Assembly: GCA_965603825.1 (NCBI GenBank) | Contig: CBFDEM010000062.1 | Location: 806,001-870,000 of the forward strand | Direction: 5' to 3' | Origin: Blepharisma stoltei ATCC 30299 | Taxonomy: Eukaryota > Protista > Ciliophora | DNA length: 64,000 nucleotides | Shown here: positions 22,101-35,465 of the stretch, in pieces | Layout: every line of letters begins with the position of its first letter | How positions within the stretch are numbered: position 1 is the stretch's first letter | Notes under the pieces: generated by a model | What the model was told of the DNA's origin: nothing | Databases searched by the model: none | What the model saw: only the letters and a program-made list of their open reading frames with translations | Position numbers and translations under genes: made by a program

Positions 22101-25100
22101 TACATTTCATTTGTGTTTGGCTTCAAAATCCAGTCTTTTTTCTTTTCCTGGCATAGGAGTTATAGAAAATTCTAGTGACGCTTGTTCTTGAAGTTTTGCT
22201 ACAGGTTTTGGGGGTTTTAATCCATCATTTTCATTATTTTTTTTCCTTGCTGAACTGCCCACTGAGCCTTTAGAATTTGATCTCGACGTGTTTTTTGCAC
22301 TTGCTGGTGGCCTCCTTGGCAAATCTTCACTATTAATTTCTGCATTCCCTCTATATTTATCAAAAATCCCTGTAAGTGTTTTCATAACCGCTGGTTTTAT
22401 ATCAGTCAAAAGTGGCTGAAAAATCTCAAAACCTACCAAATTCACAATTTCCCCAAATAAAATTTCTGCTGAATTTCGGATATTTGCACTTCTGTCTTGT
22501 AAACAAGCCAAAATACTAGGTGCCATCTGCTTTATGTCGCATTTTGGGAAATTTTCTTTGTGAGCTAAAAGCCAATTTAGCAGCTCCGCACGAAGATCTG
22601 GGTTTTCTTGCAATAAAGGCTGAGAACAGTGAATTATTATAGATTCAGGGCCAGCTTCTGATGACCATTTGTTAATAGCTGCAAGGGCATCTTGTCTTAG
22701 CAAAGAATTGCTATCAGATAAATTTGTAAGGATTCCTGGGATTATTGATTTTGATATAGAGGCTGACTCAAGGCCAAGCGCTTGGGCAAGTTTGCATGAT
22801 AATCCTAAAGCTTGCCTTACAAGTGACTTATTAGGGTCAGCTAGCCTTGCTTTTAAAGCTTTAATAAATAGCTCAAGCCCCGTCGGCAGAATTCTCGTCC
22901 CACTTTGGTCAATAATGGCTTCTACTGCTTCTAGCCCTTCTTTTCTTATCCTTCAATTAGAATCTCCTAGCTTTTTAAGTATCCCAGCGTTTATTTGTGA
23001 ACTTATATTTGCTCGAGGAAACTGTGAATCCAGCATTTTATTGGGGTCAATTTTAATTTCTTCTTCTCCTCTGGCTGTTTTATAGCTTAAATTTACAATT
23101 ATTTCTGTTTTTGAAAATTCTTCTTGTAAAACCTTTAAAGATTGCTCTTTAATATCAGAAATCAATGGAATAATTTTTTCGCCTATATGTGAATATATAG
23201 TTACCATAAGGCTTTGTGCTGATTTTTTGATTGCTGCATTAGTTTGCGAGACCCCTGATTTTGCATAATCAACGACTTCTTTAATATTTACCATATGAAT
23301 CCCATATTCACTAATAATTTTACTTATAATTGAGTAGCATTCTGAGACGACTTTTGGCTTATTGCAGTCATTTGTATTTTTTATGATAGAAGCCACCACA
23401 AATCTTGGTCCTACGCACTCACAAATACTAGAAATGCAAGCATTATATGGCTTAATCAGATTTATATCGGAGAGTTTATCAAGGGCTTGAGGTAAAAATG
23501 CGATAGAGACTGCGCGTTTTGAAAGATTGCAATTATTGGCTATATAAGAAATGAGGTCAAATGCAGCTTTATTGACGTTGAAATTGTTTTCTTTTCAGTC
23601 TTTTACAGTGTTTTTTATGAATTGTAATAAGCCTTCACTGTTTTCTGAAGCTTCTTGTTGATTATTTGTCACCCATTCTAGCAGCTGCTGGAGACCTGCT
23701 TGTTTTTCTTTTCAATTGGCACCATTTTTGAGTTTTTCGAAGGTTTCTGATGGGATTAAAGGTAAAATTAAATTATCGACATCTTCTGAGGATAAAGAAG
23801 ACTGTATATCTTCATCTGGCTGTGTAGACGTTGGACTTTTTGGTGGCAAAGATGGCTTCTTTGGATTTGACGGCGGTTTAGCCTGCTGCGGAGCTGAGGT
23901 CACGCTTTTTCTATGTCTTCTTTGCAGTTCTGGCTTTTCTTCTTCTACATTAATTGTCCTATCTACACTTTTGTCTCTTTTTGTGACCAAAACTCCTCCA
24001 GCTTCTTCAATTTTTTTCATTTTCGCTGGCGGGAGGTCTTTTAATATTGGATTAATAATTTCCGGGCATTTATTCAATAAGCAAGACAGCATTTTAAAGC
24101 AGGAATTTCTGACGTCAGGTTTGCTATCATCTGTATTTTTTTTTAAAATTAGGGCGATAGATTTGGCGACTTTGCTTACTTGATCATCACTCATAGTAGT
24201 AAAAACACGCTCGAGTCATTGGGAAGTGTTTATTTTTACAGATGGAGTTTTGTCTTCTAAGGCATCTTTTATGTCTTCTATGGCTTGCTCAATATTTAAG
24301 CTATACATAAGGTTGTCAAGAGCTGTGTGGGCTTCTTGGAGGACGAGACTTTTGTTGTCTTTGAATTTTTGTAAAAATGTTGACAAAAATTGCTTAGCAT
24401 AAATATCGAAAAATTTTCTTTGGCCTTTCGCAAGAAGTCCTATCATTTTCATAGCCTGCATCATAACATTGACATTTGCATCGTTAACTAGCCTTTTTGC
24501 TAGAGTCGTCAAAGCAATTGGATTTTTTTCAGCCAGTTTTGGATAGTTTAACTCTGCATTCAATTCTTCTAATGCTGCCTTCTTTTCAACCCACTTTTCC
24601 ATAGCAAGGACTCCATCTGCCCATCTTTCATTATATTTATTAAAAATATCTTTGGCGTCTGCCATATCATAAATATCAATTTCTGCCTTTTTTTGCCCTC
24701 CAGCTTTATTTTCTTCTAATTTTGGCTCCTGCCCTATAATTCATCTGGTAGCTGTTGGGCGTTCTGTTATTTCTTCAAATACTCTTTTTAGCTCATCTTG
24801 CTGGGCTTTTTTTAATTTCTCGATGCTGGGGAAAATTAAATCCCTTACCCATTTATAAGTTTCTTTATAAAAATTCAAGGCTTCCCCTCTTACTTGGGCA
24901 TTGCTCACTCCTGCGAATTTTTCCATAATAGAAACAAAGGGTTTAAAGGACAAGGCTTTGGCTCCATAGGCGCCTATTATTGAATTTACACTTGAAATAG
25001 CGGCTGCTTGGATTTTTAAATTTTTATTATTCAAAGTTGCAGTCAAACCATTAATAAAAGGTTCTTGAGTTGTTCTATGAATTCCATAAAAATCAAGTAA

Positions 25101-25640
25101 AATATTAGCAGACTTTTGCTTTATGTTTGCTTTTGTATTAGAAATACCTTTTTCAATAAGCGCTTTTGTGAGTCCTTCGCTGCATGTTACTATCATATCT
25201 GGTTGCTTTTCAATGTAAATGCTAAGAATTTCAAGACCATTTTCTTGTGCTCCTGCATGTGAGTCAGAAATGAACTTAATAATCAGATCTAAATAAGTAT
25301 CAAATGGTGGATTTGGCTCATTTCTTAATAATCCAGCTAATTCTTCAAGGGCTTTTACTCGAGTTTTCCAAGCTTTTGACTCAATTCGTGTTTCTAAAGG
25401 CCCTATTTCTTCAGCTTCTACTTCTCCAGGCTGCTCATCAGGAGGAAGATTATAATTTCCGGCCGAGCCTATCGGCTTCTCATCAGGATGGGAGCTTAAT
25501 GGAGATTCATCTAAAGGAAGATTATATGATCCTCTCGAAATTAGAGGCTTTTCTCCAGTAGATAGTCTATTGGGAGTTCCTTCTTCAGGAATAGAAAGTT
25601 CATTTTGATCTAGTAAAGAAAATTCGTCTTGCTCTTGCAT
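19122..25640 (-). CDS. XMAP215/ch-TOG/MOR1 family microtubule polymerase (multiple TOG/HEAT domains), 2172 aa
   Basis: Nine track ORFs join in one frame through nine TGA codons (24741, 24216, 23712, 23595, 22953, 22107, 21456, 20415, 19560). TOG motifs SKAWKTRVKALE, EKWVEKKAALE, D[W]KENNFNV, DSN[W]RIRKEGLE, SKNARSKVECLDEL. Confidence 0.93.
20535..20840 (-). repeat. About 12 tandem 24-nt repeats encoding (R/P)QNS(E/S)QI(S/L) within XMAP215
   Basis: Unit ttttgacgagaaatttgctctga-like on the + strand; 11 RQNS plus 1 PQNS in the translation. Confidence 0.95.
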
Positions 25641-25895
25641 TTTAAATAGAGAAATTTATAAAAAAATGCATAAGAAAAAAATATTAAAAAAGATTTTGGT
25701 TTTGTCTGAAATTTATTAATTTCCTTATGTTTGAAGAGATTTATTGAAACTACATATAAGCCGTATAGTAGCCTAGTATTGAGAAAAATTATTTTTACGT
25801 TATGGAACCTATAAAATATGAATTAATTTACATAAAAACTGCTTAAATAAAGATTATTTATGAATTAATTAAATTTATACGTTTTTATCAAATAA

Positions 25896-28800
25896 ATGTC
25901 ATCTCGTAAGGGAGGGAAAAAGGCTGCGGTCAACTTAAGAAAAATAACAGTTCTTGACCAAAATACCTTAAGAGCTCTAGCTGATGAGAGAGGTGGAGAT
26001 CTTGAAGATTGTAATATAACTGAGCTTGATTTTTCAGGAGAGCATTTTGAGCTAGAAAGTTTAGATGGGCTTCGCTACATTGCTTGGAGAAACTTAAAAG
26101 CTTTAGATGTGTCTAATAACACTCTAGACAAGCTTGATAAAGTCCTTAATAAATTCTCAACCTTCCAGACGATTATTGCTATGAACAATTTAATTACTGT
26201 TGTCGAGCTATCACTTCCTAATTTAACTGAGATTGATTTATCTAGAAATTATTTGCGGCAAATTCCTGATCTATCAGGCGTTCCAAAGCTTGAAAGGCTT
26301 TTGCTAGGTTTTAATGAAATAGGAGGAGGCTATGATGAATTATCAAATGTTCCTAATTTAATTTTGCTAGATTTATCCAACAACAGATTAAATTTTTCCC
26401 CTGTCGAACTGAACAGATTTATTGAAACTTTAACAGGACTTAAAAAAATTGATAACCTTAGGGTATTTAATAATCCCTTTTGTGACAATATTCAGCAATA
26501 CGAATACTATTTTATCTACCGAATAGACTCCCTCACAACCCTAAATAACGAGCTCGTAACCAAAGACCTAAAAGCAGAAGTCAAAAGAACCAAGCTAAAA
26601 CCTTTAGAGCAAGTATTCAAAGACGCCACAGCGGCTCGACAAGCAATCCAAGGCGTCATCGAGCTGGAAACCGAAAAAATGCCAAAACTCGAAGATTTGC
26701 ATTCAAATTTACAAAGAGCCAAAAACGACCCCACACAATGCTTGATTTTATTTAAAAAAGTATCAAAAGACGTAGAAAATATAGTAAATAGGCCTGCTGA
26801 GAGGTTTATGATTTTTAAAGCAAACACTCCTGAAGAACAAAGCGCAATTCGTATGCACATTGACTCGTTTTTACAAGAAGCTGTTATGATGATTGAAGAT
26901 ATGCCGACTATGAGAACCCCAGTTTTAAGGCTTTTAGCGTCTCTGACTGAAGTAGAGGAAGGAAATTTCGGTCAAAAATGCTTAAAAATTCTACAAGACT
27001 TATTTGTGTCTGGTCCAGAAATCGCCCAAGAAATTGAAGAAATTTTGAGAAAAATCATTATCCCAAAAATCAGGCAAAGTAAGGTAGAAAATATTTCGAA
27101 AGATTTGCTGAAAGGTGTGATTAGGCTATCAAAAGACCAAGATATTTCTGATATGTTAAGAGACTTGATTGATACCATGGCAGAATGAATGAGAACAGAA
27201 GTAAACGCAGAAGAGCTGAGGATTGTAGAAGGCGAGCTTGAAGAAGACTTAAAGCGCGACATCCACAGCTACGCTATAGCACTGGTAGCAGCCACTGCCA
27301 ATGAAAGCAGAAATGCAGAAGCTATGACTGAAAAAAGAATCGCAGACTACACCGCAAGACTTCTTAAAGTAATGGAAAGAGAAACAGAGCCCAGCAATAT
27401 GTTAGCTAAACAAGAAGGCATGAAAGAGACCATCAGCAGGCTAAAACATGTCTTAAAAGTCATCGAAAATATGTCAAAAAACTACCCCAAATCTGCTGCT
27501 ATTTTTGTAGCCGACGAAATTCACCAAAAATTATTAAGAGACATATGGGAATATTCAATGTTCTACAAAGCAAATGGTTACAACTTTGGAGGCGGCTCTG
27601 GGGCAGTGTCAGAAACTGCCGAAATGATGTACTATAAGCTGCTTACTTCTTATATAAACGCTTTAGCCGGCCTTTGTAAGGAAAGTAAATGTGTGGATTA
27701 TATCAATACTTTAGCAAAAGAAATTCGTGACGAAATTCTTAACGTGGCCGTCATGCCAAAAACAGACCCAGTCCTTCTGACAGCCATTTTAGAACTAATT
27801 TATGCAATAATTTCCTCTCCAACTATGATAAAAAACGAAAACGCCAACACTTTTAAGCATTTTTCTAATTCTCTACAAAAACTTCTACCATTTTTGTCAT
27901 ATATGGGAGGGAAAAAATACAAAGATATTTGCATTTTAGGAGAAAAATACGCTAAAGGGACTATGGTTGGGCAGGATCCTATTATAATTTCTTCCCTTAC
28001 CAATAAGTATTTACATAACTTATTTATTTCGATTATTCAGCTTATACAGTTTTTCTGCTATAAAAGTATAGACGAGTCCATACCAAAAGAAATAAAAACG
28101 TGCTGCGCGTCAGTTTCGTCAGCTTTAAATGCAAACAACAGAGAAGAATATCTTTTTAACTGTTTAGAAATCCCTAATGACAGCGTAAAAATCGCGGTTG
28201 TGCTTTGTTTGGACAAAATTCCTATATCAGAAATTGATATAGAGGAAACTGGGCATATTGTAAGGGTGCTAGGGTCTTATAAAAATTTAGGTGTAGGGAG
28301 GACTGAAGAAGTTTTGAGCCAAATTTTTTTACTTTTAGCGAAAATTGTAGATGATGAAGAAAAAGGGGAGGATTTTAGAAGCAAGTTTGGAGAAATGGTC
28401 GTCACTGAGTGTTTAAGTATTTTACATCGAAACCAAATCAGAGATTTGAGAAGCCAAGAAGACGAAAATTTAGAAAAAATGTATTTGACGTCCACAGCTG
28501 TCCTTTTTTTAAAAAAATGCTCAATGCACCAATCACTGCGGCCTTATTTAGAAAACTCAGTTGTGGAAGAAAAAATGAGGATGATTTTGAAAGCAGAAGA
28601 AATGTTTTCTACTGCCAAAGAAGCCCCTGTAGACATAGAAAGAACGTGGCTTGGGAGCAATGTTGAGCCTTTACTGCTAAATTGCGTAGGAAACAACCAT
28701 TTATGGCCTTACTCAGAAGTATCTTTTAGAGTAATCCAAAGAATTGCAGACGTCCTTATAGGAGCTCCAGAAAAAGAGCTATTTAAATCTCAGGACACTG

Positions 28801-31082
28801 AAGAAAACAAACTAGAAGCCCTAGTAGATTACAATATAGAAGTTAATAAAGAAAGAATTAAAGAAGAATGCTCAGCCTGGGTCGTCTCAGAAGAAGCCAG
28901 TCTCGGGTTCAGCAAAGAACGCATCCACTTCCAGCACCAAAAATTCTGCCAAATCAAAGGAATTACCACCATTTTGACCTTTTTAATGGGAAAAAGCTCC
29001 CTAAACAGCTTAGAGCTTGAAAAAGAGCTGACTGCCGAATATGACCCTATATACGAGCAGCAGACCTTATTAAGCAATATTTCTAATAAATGTAGCGAGC
29101 TTACCATTGATTATGAAGAGCAGGTAAAAAGAGCTGACGAAGAAGAAAACCGACAAATGGGGATGGAGGACTTAAATAGGCCAGAAAAATTAGACGACAC
29201 AGGACTGCTTATGAAAGCTATGGAGGAACAAGACATCGGCTCAGACGCCCACAGCTACGCGATTAGGAATAATGATTTTTTTATACAAAATTACAGGTGA
29301 ATTAATGCTGAAAAATATATGTTGAGGTCCAGAATTTTGGCGGCTTTTTTAAGATGCATTTATGCTACTATTGAATTTGGGGATCTATCAATTAGACTGC
29401 ATACGCTAGAACAAATAAAACACCCAGTGACACTTAGAAATATTACAAAATTATGCGCGACAACAGGCTGGAAATATTCTACTTTGGCAGCGAAATATTT
29501 AAGGTGTGTAAAACATATCATAAAATTGTCTCCAATTTCGAATTTTAGACCTAAAGAAGACGTGGTTTTGCTAGAAATAATTTCTCATGCGGTGAAAGAT
29601 ATATTGGTACTTATGGATATAAAAATTACTAATAGAGATAGGGAGCCGCTGTCTCCTGATGATTTTTTCTTATTGTCAGAATTAGCGTCACTGGGGTCAG
29701 GGATCTGTACAGCGATAGGCGCCTTTCAATGGTCTGATATTATTGATAGTGTTTATATAGAAAGAACGTCACAGATGATTAAAAGTGTCCAAGAGCAGGC
29801 TGAAGCGTATTTATTAGAACAGCTGATTCCTACAGATTCAGTAAGGTTTTATGTGGAAATGCTATTTTTAATAATGACGTCTAATGAAAGAATGGTACAA
29901 AGCTCGTATTCAAAGCCAGAAAAAGAAATGCTTTATACTGATATGGCAAAAGATTTCATTGGAAATATTATGGGGACCTATATAGCCATTAGTGAGGACT
30001 CGAAATACAGGGTGCTAGAATTTTGCAAAATTGGGGAAATTTTTGAAAAAAAAATATTTAATCCGACTTATTTGCAAGAAATTTTGAACAGGTCAAGCAC
30101 GATTCTGTTTGGATCTGAGCTGGCAAAGCTAATGAAAAGAAAATATTTGGAATATAAGCTTGCAACGGAGCAGCTAGAGCGTGTAACAGCTGTTGTCTGG
30201 GCTGATATGGGTACCTATGGCTCAAACTCAATTAAAAAAATGCTGATTCTTGTCACAAGTACCTGCCTACATCTTCTTAACCCTTGCACACAGCCTCCTT
30301 GTCCTTTATGTGGTGAAGAAAGATTCTGCCCTGCTCCTCCTACTTATGAAGTCAATATACAGTTTAGCGAGATCACAAAAATCATTTACATTCCTCAATT
30401 TCCTCAATTTGTAGCTATAAGATATGGCTCAAAAATGCTTATGTTTATTACCAAATCTATATCAGGTGGGAAAACACTAGGAGAACTATTAAGTGACGTC
30501 AAAACTGAGCTATCAAAATCTAGAGAAGAAGAAGAAGGTTACGCAGAAGATGAAAAAGAGCCAGAGTACCAAGAAGATAAGTGCTTTGTGGACTCTTTAG
30601 AACACTTTTTGTTTCAGCAGGATAAAGGAGATTTGAAACTTATGATGTTTGCGTCTTTTAATCCTAATAAACCTATACCCTTCCAAGGATTGAAAATTTT
30701 TGTGAATGGGACATTATTTGTGGTGACGGCAAAAAGCTTGCTGCTAGTTATGAATGTAAACTTCAAACATTGGGAGTTTTTTAATCCTGATAATATTAAG
30801 AAAGCTGACGATGAAGAGCTTGCAAATATCCCGAAAACTTTGGTGAAAAATGACCTATTCTCAATTGTAAAAGAGCTTGACCTCGGAAAATCCTCAAACA
30901 TTGTCATTCCTAGGGCTGGCGAGTTTAAATTTATAATCGAAACTGACACCAAATACACCTTCCAGTTCGGGGATGATTTAGCATTAGAAATTTTCCAAAG
31001 GAATGTCATGAGAGATGTATATAAGCTGAAAGGAGGACAAAAAGTAAAAGAGCAGGACAAAAAAGGCAAGAAAAAGAAATAA
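25896..31082 (+). CDS. Large leucine-rich-repeat protein with helical (ARM/HEAT-like) middle and possible PH-like C-terminus, 1728 aa
   Basis: Three track ORFs join in frame at TGA 27186-27188 and 29298-29300. LRRs LKALDVSNNTL, LTEIDLSRNYL, LILLDLSNNRL, cap NNPFC...Y...IDSLTTLN. Cys motif PPCPLCGEERFCP. Confidence 0.85.
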
Positions 31083-31094
31083 TAATTAAAGAAT

Positions 31095-32588
31095 TTATGA
31101 ATTTTTATTAGTCACAATAAAGCTACCTTTGCATTGCCGGTTTCTCAGACCAGCCGATTTTATTTGTCGGCAAAAATAGCCAGCACCTTTAGGAGTAAAT
31201 ACACGAGGCGTCGATATGCTTGTATTTCTTGTTGAATTTGGAGCAATTTCTAGGAATTTGTTTCTTGGGCTGGGTAAAGAAATTCTTGAAGGGATTTGCT
31301 CAATTTCTTTGGGTGTATGGTTATTCATAAACACTTTTAAGCTTCTAATGTCTTTTGTAGTAACCTCACTTCTGGTCATTACGAGGGAGACTTGGTTTTT
31401 TAAAGAGTTTAAGCTTTTTTCATGGGAATTTTGCTCAAGCTGGTTGAAAAATTGCTTGGTTTGCCTTGGAGATTTCCATGAATTAGTCCTAAGTTTAATC
31501 CTCCCTAGCAAGCTCGACGCTTTATTATTTGATATTTTTTGATGAATAAAACAATAATCACCATTCTCTATCGCATTCTTAGTACATGACGAGAAATTGC
31601 ACAAATGCCTTTTCCCCAGCCAAAACTCTTTAAACGTCTGCAAATAAATTACCCCTTTTTTCTGATCCCCAGCCATCATTATAATCTGCTTCACATGTGG
31701 GTCATCAGCAACCATATCAAATTCTTTAAGTTCATGCAAAATTTCAAAATATCCCACTGATATATAATTTATCGACATCGTATTAAATGCTTCTTCAAAT
31801 CCGCCAAATTTTTCTTTTAATTTTTCCTTAAAATAGCTCACATAATAATCTTCGTCGCTTTCTTCTTCTTTTGGGCTAAATAAATTAGTTTCTTTGGATA
31901 AATCACGATTTGGCTGACTTTTTGGAGAAAATAGCTCACCATCAGACTCTTTGCCGAGTATAGCCAGGCCATCGATCCTATCAGTCATTTCACTTTCGTC
32001 TTTAGAGTTTTGAGGAAAAAGCCCTTCAAATTCATTTTTTTCGCTGAGGAAAGATCTTTTAGATATTTCTATTGGAAAATTTCGCTTTCTTTCATTAAAT
32101 AGATTAGAATCATCAGATCTTTCATTGTCAGCTTCTTTGATAAGCGTTTGTAAGCTCTCTTTATAGCTGGAGTATTTTTCACTGACTTCATCCAACATCC
32201 AGTATTTCTGCCTTGATTTTTCCATATGATTTTTGAGTTTTTTGAAATCAATCACAAAATTCAGATTTTTATAGCTTTTCTTCCCTAATGTTTCAAAAAG
32301 ACTGACCACGTGCTCGTTAGAATACGAAATCATAAGGAAATTTAGAAAAGAGCAAAGGTCTTTTGAGGTCAGTTCAGGGCCAGATTCTTTTTTTAATGCT
32401 TCAAGTCCTGCGTCTAAGTTCCCAAACAGCTTTTTAAAGTTTTTTCTGAGGTGGTCTAAAAATGACATAACTTCATGAGTTTTGCAGTGCCCGCTGACTC
32501 TTTTTGGTTTTTTACACCCCACAACTTTGCATTTTTCTTTCAGAGCTTTATGTAATGCTAGAGTATTTAGTTTTCTTTGAAAAGACAT
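31095..32588 (-). CDS. Hypothetical protein with two C-x4-C-x(9-10)-C-x2-H motifs and degenerate EF-hand-like segments, 497 aa
   Basis: CKVVGCKKPKRVSGHCKTH and CNFSSCTKNAIENGDYCFIH. Repeated segments KLFGNLDAGLEAL and EKFGGFEEAFNTM, plus GDQKKGVIYLQTF. Confidence 0.7.
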   Translation of the reverse strand: MSFQRKLNTLALHKALKEKCKVVGCKKPKRVSGHCKTHEVMSFLDHLRKNFKKLFGNLDAGLEALKKESGPELTSKDLCSFLNFLMISYSNEHVVSLFETLGKKSYKNLNFVIDFKKLKNHMEKSRQKYWMLDEVSEKYSSYKESLQTLIKEADNERSDDSNLFNERKRNFPIEISKRSFLSEKNEFEGLFPQNSKDESEMTDRIDGLAILGKESDGELFSPKSQPNRDLSKETNLFSPKEEESDEDYYVSYFKEKLKEKFGGFEEAFNTMSINYISVGYFEILHELKEFDMVADDPHVKQIIMMAGDQKKGVIYLQTFKEFWLGKRHLCNFSSCTKNAIENGDYCFIHQKISNNKASSLLGRIKLRTNSWKSPRQTKQFFNQLEQNSHEKSLNSLKNQVSLVMTRSEVTTKDIRSLKVFMNNHTPKEIEQIPSRISLPSPRNKFLEIAPNSTRNTSISTPRVFTPKGAGYFCRQIKSAGLRNRQCKGSFIVTNKNS

Positions 32589-32704
32589 GATACCTTAAAT
32601 TACTGTTTGATATAACGAAAAATTTTCTAATAAATATTTAAAATATAGATCGCCTTCTAACCCTATTCTTAGCCCATATTTCTTTTCCACCTATTATAAT
32701 TACT

Positions 32705-33247
32705 ATGCTCCCACAAAATCCTCTTGAAAAGCGCTACTCATACTGGTTCACAGCTTCAGACTCCACCAAAACTGCTACTGATTATGGCGATTCCATCAAA
32801 ATAATCGGCTCATTCGGGACTGTTGAAGAATTCTGGCAATATTATTCCCACCTCAAAAAGCCTGACGACGTCCCACTAAACACTGAATACCACGTCTTTC
32901 AAGAAGGAATCAGGCCTATGTGGGAAGATGAAGCCAACAAGAAAGGAGCCAGGTGGATCTTGAGAATCAAAAAAGGCGCTGCGTCCTTGTTTTGGGAAGA
33001 ATTATTGATCACGATGATCGGGGAACAATTTGACGTGGCTGACGAGATCTGCGGAGTCGCTGTTTCTGTGAGGGGAAATGAGGACATTTTTTCAGTGTGG
33101 ATTAGGAGTGGCCAAGACTTGTCAGTCAAAAATTCAGTAAAGGAGACGCTGAAGAGGATTTGGAAACTTAATGACAATGTGTATTTAGAGTATAAGGAAC
33201 ACCCAACTGCGCAGAGGACTCATCCAAGACATAAGCACAATTATTAA
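32705..33247 (+). CDS. eIF4E: Translation initiation factor eIF4E family protein, 180 aa
   Basis: PLEKRYSYWF, FGTVEEFWQYY, FQEGIRPMWEDEANKKGARW, FWEELLITMIGEQF, ICGVAVSVR, YKEH. Confidence 0.95.
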   Translation: MLPQNPLEKRYSYWFTASDSTKTATDYGDSIKIIGSFGTVEEFWQYYSHLKKPDDVPLNTEYHVFQEGIRPMWEDEANKKGARWILRIKKGAASLFWEELLITMIGEQFDVADEICGVAVSVRGNEDIFSVWIRSGQDLSVKNSVKETLKRIWKLNDNVYLEYKEHPTAQRTHPRHKHNY

Positions 33248-33863
33248 AGCTTTTCGGGTAATTGAGATAAGCTTCTTTTATGTTTTAAAATAGTTAGATT
33301 GAAAGCAATGGATATTTAAATTGATGAAGTTTGGGTAATAATTATTAAAATTAGTATTAGAGCTTTGAAAGGAATTTTGGAATCATATTGTCAATAATCT
33401 TCCATAATTAATTGGCAATATGAGTGTTTGATTTGTTTTTATAATCGATGCTAAACATAGAATAAAAGCTTAATAGCTGTTTAAGATGGCAAATAATATT
33501 TCAAAAATCATAATTTTCTTTTATTGTTTGGTTTGCATAGGTTTTTTCCTTAATTTTCCTAAGTAAAATACAATTTTCTCTTTAATTAGTAATTTCTTAC
33601 CAGTCACATCTATCTCGAATTTTGCCAATTTTATTTTAGGCTCAGATTTTAATTATTAACCTAAGCTCTTTCAAAGTACTTCTTCTTATTTTAGATAAAA
33701 CATATCTTTTTTCTCCAAATTTTTCATAATATTTCCAATTTTTCTTCTTTTCTTTTCACCAATCTTCCTATAATTTCTTCTCTTCTCTTAAATCCTCCTT
33801 TCCTCATAACTTATTTCTCAATCATTTTTATTATTTTCGATTATTTTCACCACGCCCATATTT

Positions 33864-35321
33864 ATGGGAAATTGTTCTTGCTCAAAACCCAGCGAAACAA
33901 CTGACTCAATTTCTTACTCCGAGTATCTTTCTATTAAAATCAAAGAAAAAGACTTCTCAGGCAGAGTCATTCAAAATGAAAAGGTCGAATTCAAAGTAAC
34001 TTTCCCTGCCTTTCAGCATTCCCAAGAAATTCAGTTAAGCCCTTATAAATTTTTTATATCAGGATGTGTCCTTCCAGGACTAGACCCCAGAGGTATGATG
34101 GACAAAGAATGCCAAGACAACCTTTTCTTCATCGAAAAAGAATCCTCAATCCTTGCAGCACTATTTGACGGCCATGGTCGTGAAGGCTTAAAAGTAGTCG
34201 AATTCTGCAACAAATTCATGAAGGAATATTTCCAAGCCAACATTGCAGACTTTAAAAACAACCCTGAAGAATCTGTAAAAAAAATCATCATAGAATGCGA
34301 TAATGCTTTAAATAAACCAAATAGCAGAGTTGACTATTCCATATCAGGGACAACTGCAGTCATAGCTTATATAGACACCACAGGGCTATATGTCGCCTCC
34401 GTTGGAGACTCCAGAGCAGTTTTAGCTACCGTCCCTACAAAAAATGAAGAAGTAAAGCAGCCGGCAAAAATTGACAAAAATAACCTATATAAGAGGTTTA
34501 TAGAGCCAGGGAGGGTTTTAAATGCATTAGCCTTAACAGTAGACCAGAAACCAAACCATCAAGAAGAACTGGAAAGGATTCAGCAGTCTGGAGGAAAAGT
34601 GCAACAACTTACTGATGAGAGAGGAAATAAAGTAGGGCCTTATAGAGTATGAAAAAAGAATGGGACGTTGCCTGGACTTGCGATGAGCCGGTCTATAGGT
34701 GACGGGATCGGTAAAGAATGTGGCGTCATCGCTACCCCAATTTTCCATTTTTTCCAAATTTTCCCTGGAAAAGACCAATTTATTGTTATGGGTAGTGATG
34801 GGGTCTGAGATGTCATGGAAAATATTGAGGTCGTCAATTTTGTGGAAAAATTCAGGTCAAGGTCATGCAAAATGGTGAGAAAAGAAACAGTTTATCCAGT
34901 CTCAGTAATTTTTATATAGCCGGAAAACTCAACTCCTGCACACTTATTAGCGGAAGAGTCAAGATATAGATGGTATGGGATCTGTGAAGACGAAGACGTC
35001 ATGATTGATGATATTTCTGTAATTGTTATCGAAATAAGCTCGTTAATGCCAAGTTCAAGCCTAAATAATTTAGATCTGGAGGACAGGAGGACTGTTAGGC
35101 TTAACAGTTTAGGGAATATTCCTAATGAGGCTACGAAAATGCAGCCTGGGACAGCAAGAAGTGATGCAGTGAGAGGTAGCTTTATTCCAGCTAAGGATCC
35201 TAAAGCAAAAAAAGCAAGGATTGATGCTAAAAGGGGGTCTTATTTGCCGGTGGGGAGTGAGGAGGAAAGCCATGAAACATTAGATGGTGTGCCATTTGTA
35301 GAAGAAGAAAAAAAGCAATAA
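33864..35321 (+). CDS. Protein phosphatase 2C with N-terminal acylation motif, one 15-nt intron, 480 aa
   Basis: MGNCSC start; ECQD, LFDGHG, SGTTA, VGDSRA, PYRV[TGA]KKNGTLPGLAMSRSIGD, GSDGV[TGA]DVM, DDISVIVI. Intron 34905-34919 restores the frame. Confidence 0.93.
34905..34919 (+). other. 15-nt intron (GTAATTTTTATATAG)
   Basis: Phase 0 with an in-frame TAG; same sequence as the Tctex-1 intron. Confidence 0.9.
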
Positions 35322-35465
35322 TATTGATATTTAATATAACCGGAATTATAATTGATAGTAAAAATATTTCAAACTGAGAATTTTATATAAGAAATAATTA
35401 TAGAGTTTTAATAAATGAGAGAAATATATATTTAAATAGAAAACCCTCAAAAGAATAAATTCAAA

